Shown here one piece after another: positions 39,666-47,090 of a stretch of 50,098 nt of DNA. The number at the start of each line of letters is the position of its first letter. Within the stretch, counting starts at the first letter, position 1. The stretch is from Patescibacteria group bacterium (GTDB taxonomy: Bacteria > Patescibacteriota > Minisyncoccia > Phycocordibacterales > DATDWN01): NCBI GenBank assembly GCA_040389125.1, contig JAZKAN010000004.1, forward strand, positions 1 through 50,098. Reading direction: 5' to 3'. A program made the translations under genes and the position numbers. The notes below the pieces were generated by a model, which was given only the letters and a program-made list of their open reading frames with translations, was not told where the DNA came from and made no database searches.

Positions 39666-40562
39666 ATGAATAAAAAAACAATTTTTACAATTTGGATCCC
39701 CTTTTTTGCCTTTCTTGTAGGCGCTCTATTATTTGCATGGAAAAATAACATAATTTTTTTCAGTAATTTTTCTCGTACCAAAACTGAGATTCCGGTTAGT
39801 ACCTTGCCAGCGAATGTTCAATCTGTGTTTCAGTATAATTTTAGCGTACCTGGTGTACTCTATGAATCAGGTACAGCAGACGAAAGTAGTAGTCCGTATT
39901 GGTGGCTAGATTCTGGGGGTCAGTTGATTGTAGGTGAAAATAGTGGAAAAACAATTCATGGAAGCCTCGGATCAAATAACAACTGGCGACTCGCATACGC
40001 CAATGCCAATCCAGAAGATACAAACAACGGATACAATCCACAAAATATTTTTCGACTTATTACGAGAAATACTTGGCATGATTTTGAGCAGGAAGCATAT
40101 TTTAAAATTGACACATACAACATAAGTACAAGTATAAACCGTAACGAATCTAACGGACTACTGCTTTTTAACAGGTATGTTGATGGTGACAATTTGTATT
40201 ATACTGGGATTCGTGTGGATGGTGCCGCGGTAATAAAGAAAAAATATAAGGGCGTGTATTATACACTTGCATACAAACAATTTTTTCCAGGAACATACAA
40301 TATTGTTTCGAATCCAAATCTGTTGCCACAAAATGTGTGGATTGGTATACGCAGTCAAGTTGTCACTTCCGCATCAAGTACAGTACATATAAAGCTATAT
40401 ACAGACATTGGAAAAACAGGGAACTGGAAACTGGTTGCTGAGGCGATTGACGATGGAATTTCCTTTGGTGGGGAAATAATTGATAACATTGCTTCGGGTG
40501 GAATTCGCACAGATTTTATGGATGTTGATTTTAAGGATTATAAAATTAAAGAGTTGGAATAG
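39666..40562 (+). CDS. Secreted LamG/concanavalin-like domain protein
   Basis: Signal anchor. Paralogous to the N-terminal half of 40546-42228 (S.YWWL.SG.QL..G...G.TI.GS....PQN.FRL..R......YF.......S.NR...N...L..RY.D..N.Y...IR.DG...IKKK..GVY.TLA). Confidence 0.6.
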   Translation: MNKKTIFTIWIPFFAFLVGALLFAWKNNIIFFSNFSRTKTEIPVSTLPANVQSVFQYNFSVPGVLYESGTADESSSPYWWLDSGGQLIVGENSGKTIHGSLGSNNNWRLAYANANPEDTNNGYNPQNIFRLITRNTWHDFEQEAYFKIDTYNISTSINRNESNGLLLFNRYVDGDNLYYTGIRVDGAAVIKKKYKGVYYTLAYKQFFPGTYNIVSNPNLLPQNVWIGIRSQVVTSASSTVHIKLYTDIGKTGNWKLVAEAIDDGISFGGEIIDNIASGGIRTDFMDVDFKDYKIKELE

Positions 40563-42228
40563 CACATGTGTATCCGCAATTTCCAGTTGGCTCTGCACCC
40601 GTCATTGTTTTATAATGATTACTGATTTGAGTTTGTGAGAGCAGATAGTCATATATCGCAACTTTGCCTATTGCACCTTTAAACCATGTTTCTTTTGCCA
40701 TTGTTCCAATATTGAGCGGCGAATTTCCAGCTTTAGGTATGATTTTGTACTGACTCATACAGCCTGTTGGAAGATGATCTGCAAAACTCTGCTGTACTCC
40801 ATTGACCCATATATTTATTGTTCCAGGATAGAGACTGGAACAACCAGTTGGTGTTGTCAGTGTCTGGTATTCTGCAACGACATGAAGCCATTGTCCCGGG
40901 TGCAAGACGTTTGTACCAGGTTGCCAGTCAGCAGCAGCACCGAGACCTGCGGTAGGGTTGAATACATATGCAGAAAGTCTGCTATATCGATTTTCTGAAT
41001 TTGTCGCATTATACATTCTTGCTTCCCATTCACAGGTTGGTGAATAGCTCTGACATTTTCCCATCCAGTCAATATATCCGTACCCACTGTCATTTGAAAA
41101 TTGTAATGTGTCTGGTCGAATCCACGCTTCCCATGTCATTTTGTGTGTTGTTGAAATGGATAACTGAGGGTTTGAGGCAACAGTAACGTACTGATTGTAT
41201 CCATTAAAACTAGCAACTGGGTTACCATTTGGCATCGTAGATAAAAGTGCTACTCCACCCATGTACGTTCCATTATTATTGTGATTACTTTTATCCATTT
41301 CTATACTCGCTGTAGTCGAACTCATTGCGAGATACATAACAGGGCTATCTTTTAGAACTACTGAGTCGTAGGTTGGTTGAGTCGGCAACGGAACGGGTGT
41401 GACATCAACAAGCTGAAAATCATCAAACAGCGTATCAGCAAAGTCACTCTGGATTCCCACGAGACCAGGGGCAGTAATTGCTCTTCCGTATTTACTGAAA
41501 TCATCATCTGCAGTTAATTCAAGTTTCCATATACCGGTTTTTCCAATATCAGAATAAAATGATAGGGTCGTAGTTCCTGTCAGTGAATCAATTGCTATTA
41601 GTTTGAGACCAATCCACGTATTAAGTGGAATTAAATCTGGATTCAAAATATCACTATATACTCCTGGTAGTATTTTTTTTGAAGCAAGTGTTTGATATAC
41701 ACCATTCATTTTCTTTTTTATTGTTACAGTGCCGTCTGAACGAATACTTGCAAAATAATAATTATTATCATCTATATATCGTGCAAGCAGAGATTCAGCA
41801 TTATACGGGTGACGATTTACACTGTTTGAGAGATTGTTTTTTGTACGATTAAAATATATTTGTGCTGAAGTGTGTAAAACTGGTGTGCGAAAAATCAATC
41901 GAAATACGTTTTGTGGATGCACTCCTCCATCTGACGATGTATAAAAATTTGTAGTATACAGTTTGTTCCATATATTGGTTACGGGAATACTGCCTGTGAT
42001 TGTACTGCCTACTCCATTTCCTATTACAAGTTGTGCACCAGATGCGAGCCACCAATACTGACTGGTACTTGTTGTTGCTGTACTTGATTCATCAAGTGTG
42101 CCTGAGGAACTAAATGGGTATGAGAAGGGGAGCGTTGCGGCTGCGTCTACTGTTTCACTTAAATAATAATTGCAGAAAACAATAATGAGTAAATAATAAA
42201 ATACCTGTTGCACAGATTTATTTTTCAT
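40546..42228 (-). CDS. Secreted protein with two LamG-like domains
   Basis: Signal peptide and the paralogous module above, plus a second LamG_3-like domain (MTWEAWIRPD...WLHVVAEY...INIWVNGV). Its 3' end overlaps the convergent gene by 17 nt. Confidence 0.65.
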   Translation of the reverse strand: MKNKSVQQVFYYLLIIVFCNYYLSETVDAAATLPFSYPFSSSGTLDESSTATTSTSQYWWLASGAQLVIGNGVGSTITGSIPVTNIWNKLYTTNFYTSSDGGVHPQNVFRLIFRTPVLHTSAQIYFNRTKNNLSNSVNRHPYNAESLLARYIDDNNYYFASIRSDGTVTIKKKMNGVYQTLASKKILPGVYSDILNPDLIPLNTWIGLKLIAIDSLTGTTTLSFYSDIGKTGIWKLELTADDDFSKYGRAITAPGLVGIQSDFADTLFDDFQLVDVTPVPLPTQPTYDSVVLKDSPVMYLAMSSTTASIEMDKSNHNNNGTYMGGVALLSTMPNGNPVASFNGYNQYVTVASNPQLSISTTHKMTWEAWIRPDTLQFSNDSGYGYIDWMGKCQSYSPTCEWEARMYNATNSENRYSRLSAYVFNPTAGLGAAADWQPGTNVLHPGQWLHVVAEYQTLTTPTGCSSLYPGTINIWVNGVQQSFADHLPTGCMSQYKIIPKAGNSPLNIGTMAKETWFKGAIGKVAIYDYLLSQTQISNHYKTMTGAEPTGNCGYTCAIPTL

Positions 42229-42435
42229 ACATGAATATATTTGAGTGAATAAAAATTACACTCTAAATATAAGGTGTATTTCTGATGAACACCTGTGGAT
42301 AAGATATTTTCACCATATATTCACAATCTATCATGAATTTTTTGTGAATATTAGCCATGGTATTTGATGAAGATGCATCCCAAAAAATATTCAAAAATAA
42401 TTTTTACATTTACACAAGTGTGTATTTAGAACCTG

Positions 42436-42484
42436 TTTTGTATAAAAAGAAACCACCCGAGGAGCGGATGGCTTCTTGGGTGGG
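42436..42484 (-). terminator. Terminator module family F2, copy 1
   Basis: ttttgtataaaaagaaACCACCCgaggagcggatggcttcttGGGTGGg. This is nearly identical to 46650-46694. Confidence 0.65.
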
Positions 42485-42511
42485 TGAGACAGTTTTTTGA
42501 AAGTGGAACAG

Positions 42512-43012
42512 TTAGTCAACATTTATTACAAATCGGTTTTCACGCAGTCTCCTACTCATGTCGCTACAGACAAGAGCCCAGGCAGGGAAGGATTCTGCCA
42601 ATCCATCGAACAACTTTTGTTTCCTTCTGTCGGTAGTGAATCTGCTTGCTCGGTCGTACAGAGATTGTCCAATTTGGTCGTACCACTCAACATTATGTCG
42701 TCGGCGCATTTGATCACGAAAGAATCCAGCAAACAGTAGCACCTGCGACCCACCAATTTCCAGTATTTCGGAATTCACAGTTGGTTGCTGGAACATATAG
42801 TATTCAAGAACTCCAACAAGCTCAGTTGTGAATGGCATGGATTCTGTATCAAAGCGTGACGTCTGTGAGTAATGTGCCAACACACTCGCCACATACAGCA
42901 TCTGATCAACATTCAACCTCTTCGTTCCAAGTGCTTCACGAAGACTTGTCGAGAAGAAATTAAAAGCTCTTGCCGAATCAACCCCAATCAATTCTTCGAA
43001 TTCCTGGTCCAT
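42512..43012 (-). CDS. Hypothetical protein (cassette gene)
   Basis: P2 promoter, GGAGG, 8 nt, ATG (MDQEFEEL). 166 aa, no recognised motif. Confidence 0.5.
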   Translation of the reverse strand: MDQEFEELIGVDSARAFNFFSTSLREALGTKRLNVDQMLYVASVLAHYSQTSRFDTESMPFTTELVGVLEYYMFQQPTVNSEILEIGGSQVLLFAGFFRDQMRRRHNVEWYDQIGQSLYDRASRFTTDRRKQKLFDGLAESFPAWALVCSDMSRRLRENRFVINVD

Positions 43013-43020
43013 TGTGAACT

Positions 43021-43066
43021 CCTCCGATAGGGAAGATACCATGAGTAACAAGAAATGTAAAGGAAT
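43021..43066 (-). promoter_or_regulatory. Promoter/RBS module family P2, copy 1 (TTTACA-17-TATCTT-CCCTATCGGAGG)
   Basis: -35 at 43061-43056, -10 at 43038-43033 and RBS GGAGG at 43025-43021 on the minus strand. Confidence 0.65.
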
Positions 43067-43102
43067 TTATCTTATAAACAAAGACACCACTTAGAGATAA
43101 AT

Positions 43103-43633
43103 TCACTCATTGAGATGAAGACTATTCTTGTTGTCTCGATTCAACATACTAAAAATAATTGAAATAATAATTACTGTTTCAGCAAGTATTCCTCCATATG
43201 ATCCGACAAATGCGTCGTACAGGATCGCAAATATACTTGCGATCACAGATATTTTTCGCAATACGTTCAAATCTGACTGCCACTTTGCATAGACAATAGA
43301 AGAAATTCCAAAAAGTGCGAATAGACTGAAAAATCCTTCCCAAACATATAGTGTTGCGATAGTCATTGCACCAATAGACAGTACAAGAAAATATTTACTT
43401 GCAATCCATCGGTATTTTTCTTTGAAGAGAAGAAGTAGTGTGATGATTACATGCAATCCGACGAGAACCACACCTGTCCATGCTGAGAGAAAATAAAAAT
43501 GTACGCAGTAGACGATAAGACTCATGAGCTGAAAAAACAAAATACTCCTTCGTGTCTTTGTGTGAAATGAAAAAGCAAATAATCCAAGTGCGACGAGTGC
43601 TATGGATTGAATGAGTAGTTGGTGTATGTCCAT
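43103..43633 (-). CDS. Polytopic inner-membrane protein (YgjV-like, tentative)
   Basis: Low G+C, about 6 TM helices, about 176 aa. The internal two-fold repeat pattern resembles the YgjV family as I recall it. Confidence 0.45.
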   Translation of the reverse strand: MDIHQLLIQSIALVALGLFAFSFHTKTRRSILFFQLMSLIVYCVHFYFLSAWTGVVLVGLHVIITLLLLFKEKYRWIASKYFLVLSIGAMTIATLYVWEGFFSLFALFGISSIVYAKWQSDLNVLRKISVIASIFAILYDAFVGSYGGILAETVIIISIIFSMLNRDNKNSLHLNE

Positions 43634-43699
43634 GCTTTTAGTATAACAGAAAAGCCCACCGAAGCAGGCTTCTGCCATGCTTGAGTGGGCGGTGGAACT

Positions 43700-44344
43700 T
43701 TAGAACAGTGATAACCGAGTACCGAATCCGATCGAGTGTTTATCACCGTCCTGGAGTCCGAAGACTGCGAAGGAAAAACGCCCCGTCGCTTTCGGATGAA
43801 CCAAGAACCAGTACTCGGCGTAGTCGGGTCGATTACCTGCGAAGAATCGCCGATAGCCTTCGACCGATGCTTGCACGTTTTTGGCGACAGTGAAGCGATT
43901 GCTTGCTCCAGCAAGAAGTAAGTTGTTTGGACGGATGCCGATGAATCTCGGCAACGCTGTGACGAACAAATGATGCAGTGGCTTCTTCAGTTTCGGAACC
44001 AGTGCATGAATGTTCACGCGAGGTCCTATCTGATGGAACCCGAGTGTCAGATTCGGCACCGCACCTGTCTCAGTTTGCACCGAGAAGACAGATTGCTTGC
44101 CTGGGGTGAACACCACCAGATGGTTTGTGAACAGAGGCTCATGAGGAGCCACTTCCATGAAACCGAATCCATTCAGACTGCCGACGCTGGTTTTCAGACT
44201 CCACCCATATTGCGGATAGAGAACTGCGCCTTGCGATCCACCGAATGTGTCGACCCATGCATGGACTTGACCGCGAGCTTCCTGAGCGAAGAGCCCGAGA
44301 GAAGCTGAAAACAACAGTGTGATACTACCGATTACACGTTTCAT
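43700..44344 (-). CDS. Secreted protein with outer-membrane beta-barrel-like features
   Basis: GAGGA RBS and signal peptide MKRVIGSITLLFSASLGLFAQEA. Alternating hydrophobic beta-strand pattern. The C-terminus ...GFGTRLSLF ends in Phe, like the OMP beta-signal. Confidence 0.5.
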   Translation of the reverse strand: MKRVIGSITLLFSASLGLFAQEARGQVHAWVDTFGGSQGAVLYPQYGWSLKTSVGSLNGFGFMEVAPHEPLFTNHLVVFTPGKQSVFSVQTETGAVPNLTLGFHQIGPRVNIHALVPKLKKPLHHLFVTALPRFIGIRPNNLLLAGASNRFTVAKNVQASVEGYRRFFAGNRPDYAEYWFLVHPKATGRFSFAVFGLQDGDKHSIGFGTRLSLF

Positions 44345-44422
44345 TTTTGTATCCTCAAAGAACTGCAATTTAAATCCTAAATCATATCGCGAATTACATT
44401 TCAATTCGTAATCTGAATATAG

Positions 44423-44446
44423 GAGGCGACGATGTTTTGTCGCCTC
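44423..44446 (-). terminator. Terminator hairpin family F3, copy 1
   Basis: GAGGCGAC-gatgtttt-GTCGCCTC. The loop matches 48787-48816, with a different, compensated stem. Confidence 0.55.
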
Positions 44447-44461
44447 TGGTCTGCCGAAGTG

Positions 44462-44932
44462 CTAATACTCGCGCTCCTGCATGCCGTCGTAGTTGGTAAA
44501 ATCGTGATCGTGAATGCGCGTGTCGTCGCTGACGGGGCAATCCTCACAGATGTAAGAAGTTGCAGGCAAGTCAGCCGCGAATTCCGACGGGCGACGGATG
44601 AACCATGCGTTCTTACTACACTTGCAGGTCATCCGATACGCCAGACCGCCGACCTTGGTGTTACCCGACGGGTCGTAGCTGAACTCTTTCTCAATCTGAC
44701 CGTTGTCGTCTCGCTTGTATTCCGTCCAGAACCGTGTCTCAGTCGGATCGTAATTCAGACGCGGGTTGGCCTTGTAGTACGCCGTCTCGCTCCGCGTGAG
44801 TTCACTCATGCAAGCACTCATCTTGGTTGCATCATCGAAACGAATCGTCTCGAGTTTACCCTTTTCGTTTTCGGGGTCGATGACGAGCACGAAGCCCGCC
44901 ACAATTCCAGTGATCTGTTTGGTCGCGGTCAT
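44462..44932 (-). CDS. Hypothetical protein with CxC...CxxC motif (cassette gene)
   Basis: GGAGAAATC-ATG, 156 aa, cysteine pattern MTCKCSK....YICEDCP. The antisense ORF 44432-44962 is judged spurious. Confidence 0.5.
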   Translation of the reverse strand: MTATKQITGIVAGFVLVIDPENEKGKLETIRFDDATKMSACMSELTRSETAYYKANPRLNYDPTETRFWTEYKRDDNGQIEKEFSYDPSGNTKVGGLAYRMTCKCSKNAWFIRRPSEFAADLPATSYICEDCPVSDDTRIHDHDFTNYDGMQEREY

Positions 44933-45053
44933 GATTTCTCCTTTGAAAGAACATCCATTTGAATTTCCAGAATCAACTCACAATCTCGTGATTGTGATTC
45001 TGAATACTGGAGAGGTCAATCCCGATTGACTGACCTCTGTTGATAGAAAAGAG

Positions 45054-45353
45054 CTACTCCGTTACGAACAGCCAGTTGCCGATGCGAGCCAATTCGACTC
45101 GCACATCCCCGTTGGGAGCCTGCCGAGTGCAGTGCTCGAGTGCGATCGTCGCAATCTCTCTGACGCGCTCGAGGGTTCCACCGCCGAGAAAGGCAGTCTC
45201 TTCCGTTGACCACGACTCGTGATCGAAACGCCCGAGACACTTTCCCGCCGTGATCTTCTCGCGGAAGGTGAGACTTTCGATAGCATCAATCTGCGCCACC
45301 AACCAGTCTCGATCAATTCTTGCCTCTAAACGCTCCATCAATCCGTTTGCCAT
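45054..45353 (-). CDS. Hypothetical protein (cassette gene)
   Basis: P1 promoter TTGACA-17-TATAAT, GGAGG RBS, ATG. 99 aa. Confidence 0.5.
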   Translation of the reverse strand: MANGLMERLEARIDRDWLVAQIDAIESLTFREKITAGKCLGRFDHESWSTEETAFLGGGTLERVREIATIALEHCTRQAPNGDVRVELARIGNWLFVTE

Positions 45354-45375
45354 AACTGTTTCTAGCCTCCGAGGT

Positions 45376-45460
45376 CAATTATACACCTATTATCACTTTC
45401 TGTCAAGTATTTTGAATAACAAAAAATGGCTCTGTTAAGCCATAATTTGGAAAGAGCTCC
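45376..45460 (-). repeat. 85-nt direct repeat, copy A: terminator hairpin T1 plus promoter P1
   Basis: Minus strand: GGAGCTC...ATGGCTtaacagAGCCATTTTTTG...TTGACA(45406-45401), 17 nt, TATAAT(45383-45378). It matches 49964-50048. Confidence 0.8.
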
Positions 45461-45577
45461 CTATCGTGGACAAGTTCAGAACTCTGGATTGGAAGGGGAT
45501 TCAGTTTGAGATGGGGTTGATGAGTTTTGTATAAAAAGAAAACCACCTCGTCTGAGAGAACGACGAGGCGTTTTCTC
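45456..45577 (-). repeat. Intergenic repeat family F1, copy c (full length, with terminator hairpin 45546-45568)
   Basis: gctccctatcgtggacaagttcagaactctggattggaaggggattcagtttgagatggggttgatgagttttgtataaaaagaaaaccaCCTCGTCtgagagaacGACGAGGcgttttctc. Confidence 0.8.
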
Positions 45578-45595
45578 AGTACGGGCGGTTTGGGC

Positions 45596-45901
45596 TTACG
45601 AAAGTACTCCTATGTTTCCGATGCAATGCGGAATCCAAATTTCCGCACTCGGCCAGTTTTCGAGAAGGGATTTTGGTGTTGGTTTCAAAATGACAACCAT
45701 ACCATCGCAGAAGTGATTAACTTGCGTCACCACTCCTTTAAAATCTTCCCATCTTCCTAGGAAGCGCACAGGTATGTGCACTTCCAGGCTCTGATTTAGA
45801 ACCTGGACGAAGTCGATGTGTTTAATAACTTCGCGACGTATCCCGATAAAGAAACTACCAGGTTTGACGGGGCGACCATCTTGCGTAAGTGTTCGATACA
45901 T
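45596..45901 (-). CDS. Hypothetical protein (cassette gene)
   Basis: TTGACA-16-TATTAT promoter, then GAGG, 8 nt, ATG at 45901 (an alternative GTG is at 45910). About 101 aa. Confidence 0.45.
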   Translation of the reverse strand: MYRTLTQDGRPVKPGSFFIGIRREVIKHIDFVQVLNQSLEVHIPVRFLGRWEDFKGVVTQVNHFCDGMVVILKPTPKSLLENWPSAEIWIPHCIGNIGVLS

Positions 45902-45968
45902 TTCCGACACCTCAGCTTTCTCTTGAATGGAGTTGACCAGACTGCTCTGTGCAGTAGGTTCTGATATA

Positions 45969-45996
45969 ATAATAGCACAGCAATAACAACTGTCAA
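45969..45996 (-). promoter_or_regulatory. Promoter TTGACA-16-TATTAT
   Basis: -35 at 45996-45991 and -10 at 45974-45969 on the minus strand, 6 nt downstream of F1 copy d. Confidence 0.55.
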
Positions 45997-46002
45997 GTAC
46001 TA

Positions 46003-46082
46003 GCTCCCTATCGTGGGCAAGTTCAGAACTCTGAATTGGAAGGGGATTCAGTTTGAGATGAGTTTGATGAGTTTTGTATAAT
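46003..46082 (-). repeat. Intergenic repeat family F1, copy d
   Basis: gctccctatcgtgggcaagttcagaactctgaattggaaggggattcagtttgagatgagtttgatgagttttgtataatc. Confidence 0.8.
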
Positions 46083-46135
46083 CAAAATCCGCTCCCTCCA
46101 AAGCAGATTTTGACTCTGTTGGATGAAGCGGATGG

Positions 46136-46591
46136 TTACAACCACACGACATAGTGCTGGTCCTCAAAGCACCTGCGTCCTTGCGCCAGGAATTTCTGAG
46201 TTAGCGATTTCATGAGCTCGAACGGGCCACATGCTTCGAATATTGCCCCGTTGTCATACTCGTCGACATGACCACCATGTTCCCAGAAACACGGGTTTCT
46301 GACCCAGCCCCGCAACTGGACCATGTTGGTGTCGATACCTCGCCCTTTTTTTGTGAGTGTGATGGTGAGGTTACCCTCAAGGGCTAGCAGGTTGGACTTA
46401 ACGGCCTGACGCTCTTCCATGAAATCTTCGGCAGTCCATCCCTCCTTGTAAGTTTTGACTTCGACCAGTTTCGAGCCCTTCGCAGCTTTAATGGCTTCAG
46501 CTAGGGCTTGAAATAAGTCTTCATCCGTCGGGTATTCATGCCTCTTCTCATAAACCTCAGGGAAGAGAGATCCAATGCTGATTACTCTCAT
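46136..46591 (-). CDS. Hypothetical protein (cassette gene)
   Basis: P2 promoter, GGAGG, 11 nt, ATG (MRVISIGS). The ORF-track start at 46711 would run through the promoter and the upstream terminator. Confidence 0.5.
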   Translation of the reverse strand: MRVISIGSLFPEVYEKRHEYPTDEDLFQALAEAIKAAKGSKLVEVKTYKEGWTAEDFMEERQAVKSNLLALEGNLTITLTKKGRGIDTNMVQLRGWVRNPCFWEHGGHVDEYDNGAIFEACGPFELMKSLTQKFLAQGRRCFEDQHYVVWL

Positions 46592-46602
46592 ATGTTCCTT
46601 TG

Positions 46603-46648
46603 CCTCCGATAGGGAAGATACCACAAATATAAAGTGGTGTAAAGGAAT
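46603..46648 (-). promoter_or_regulatory. Promoter/RBS module family P2, copy 2
   Basis: -35 TTTACA at 46643-46638 and -10 TATCTT at 46620-46615, followed by CCCTATCGGAGG. Matches 43021-43066 except in the spacer. Confidence 0.65.
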
Positions 46649-46649
46649 C

Positions 46650-46694
46650 TTTTGTATAACAAAACCACCCGAGGAGCGGGTGGCTTCTGGGTGG
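46650..46694 (-). terminator. Terminator module family F2, copy 2
   Basis: cttttgtataacaaaACCACCCgaggagcgggtggcttctGGGTGG. Confidence 0.65.
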
Positions 46695-46707
46695 ACTAGT
46701 GACGCGG

Positions 46708-46986
46708 TCAACCCCGTTTGAGGCTTTCGATGAATGCTTCCTGACGTTCAGTTTGAGTGCGAACGAGTTGTTCGTTTTCCTCGCGTATTCGTTCTGCGTG
46801 AATATCGGCGAGAGGTCGAAGTACGACACCTCTCTCACTGAGCAACATGCTGTGCGTCCTGCAAAATGCCAGAATCTTGCCATTTTTCACAATGGCATTG
46901 TTTTCCCCAGGTTTCTTCCAGAATTCTTTACTGCATGGAGGAAAATCGCACTCGACATCCTCTCTCGCCATTGATTCGTAACTCAT
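46708..46986 (-). CDS. Hypothetical small protein with Cys/His cluster and coiled-coil tail (cassette gene)
   Basis: GGGGAGG RBS, 92 aa, cysteine/histidine pattern ECDFPPC......FCRTH. Confidence 0.5.
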   Translation of the reverse strand: MSYESMAREDVECDFPPCSKEFWKKPGENNAIVKNGKILAFCRTHSMLLSERGVVLRPLADIHAERIREENEQLVRTQTERQEAFIESLKRG

Positions 46987-47040
46987 TGGATACCTCCCCT
47001 TCCTCAGTTGATACTACTGATTTTTGAAAGAAACACAAAT

Positions 47041-47068
47041 GAAAACCGCCACGCCTATGAGACGTGGC
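47041..47068 (-). terminator. Rho-independent terminator
   Basis: On the minus strand: GCCACGtctcataggCGTGGCggTTTTC. Confidence 0.55.
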
Positions 47069-47090
47069 TAGTCTCCATTGGCGGACGGTA

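Noticed and set aside
44432-44962. Long antisense ORFs lie opposite cassette genes and housekeeping genes: 44432-44962(+), 43970-44308(+), 45016-45316(-) in other frames, 6076-6717(-), 1102-1506(-) and 10523-10852(-).
   Set aside because: The promoter, RBS and terminator geometry supports the chosen strand in each case. The antisense ORFs lack an RBS and arise from stop-codon depletion in G+C-richer DNA, or are hydrophobic-gene mirror ORFs.
45418-45443. GTTAAGC in the T1 hairpin (and GCTTAAC on the other strand) matches the integron attC R'/R'' consensus GTTRRRY/RYYYAAC.
   Set aside because: It is a single short hairpin. The two matches are just the two strands of one site. There is no second R/L box pair at attC-like spacing, and no intI or attI in the window. 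A T-run follows, as in an ordinary terminator.
45456-45500. F1 occupies the position of the tRNA relative to the T1-P1 module and ends in the same GGAGCTC. I considered that it might be a tRNA pseudogene or tRNA-like gene.
   Set aside because: I could not draw a T-arm (GTTCTGA is not flanked by complementary stems), an acceptor stem or a cloverleaf. Similarity to the real tRNA 3' half is limited to the terminal heptamer. This is left as something to test with tRNAscan-SE, not claimed.
45508-45534. A tiny plus-strand ORF lies inside F1: ATG-GGG-TTG-ATG-AGT-TTT-GTA-TAA. It reads MSLMSFV in copy d and MKLIGFV in copy a.
   Set aside because: Substitutions between copies hit all codon positions. 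Copy b has a different frame and ending, no RBS is present, and it lies antisense to the cassette transcription signals.
45515-45545. TTGATGAG-TTTT-GTAT-AAAA-AGAAA in F1 copy c resembles the hammerhead ribozyme core (CUGAUGA, stem II, GAAA).
   Set aside because: The conserved C3 is a U, and the 10.1/11.1 closing pair is not formed. The GAAA part is absent from copies b and d, so the resemblance is not conserved across the family.
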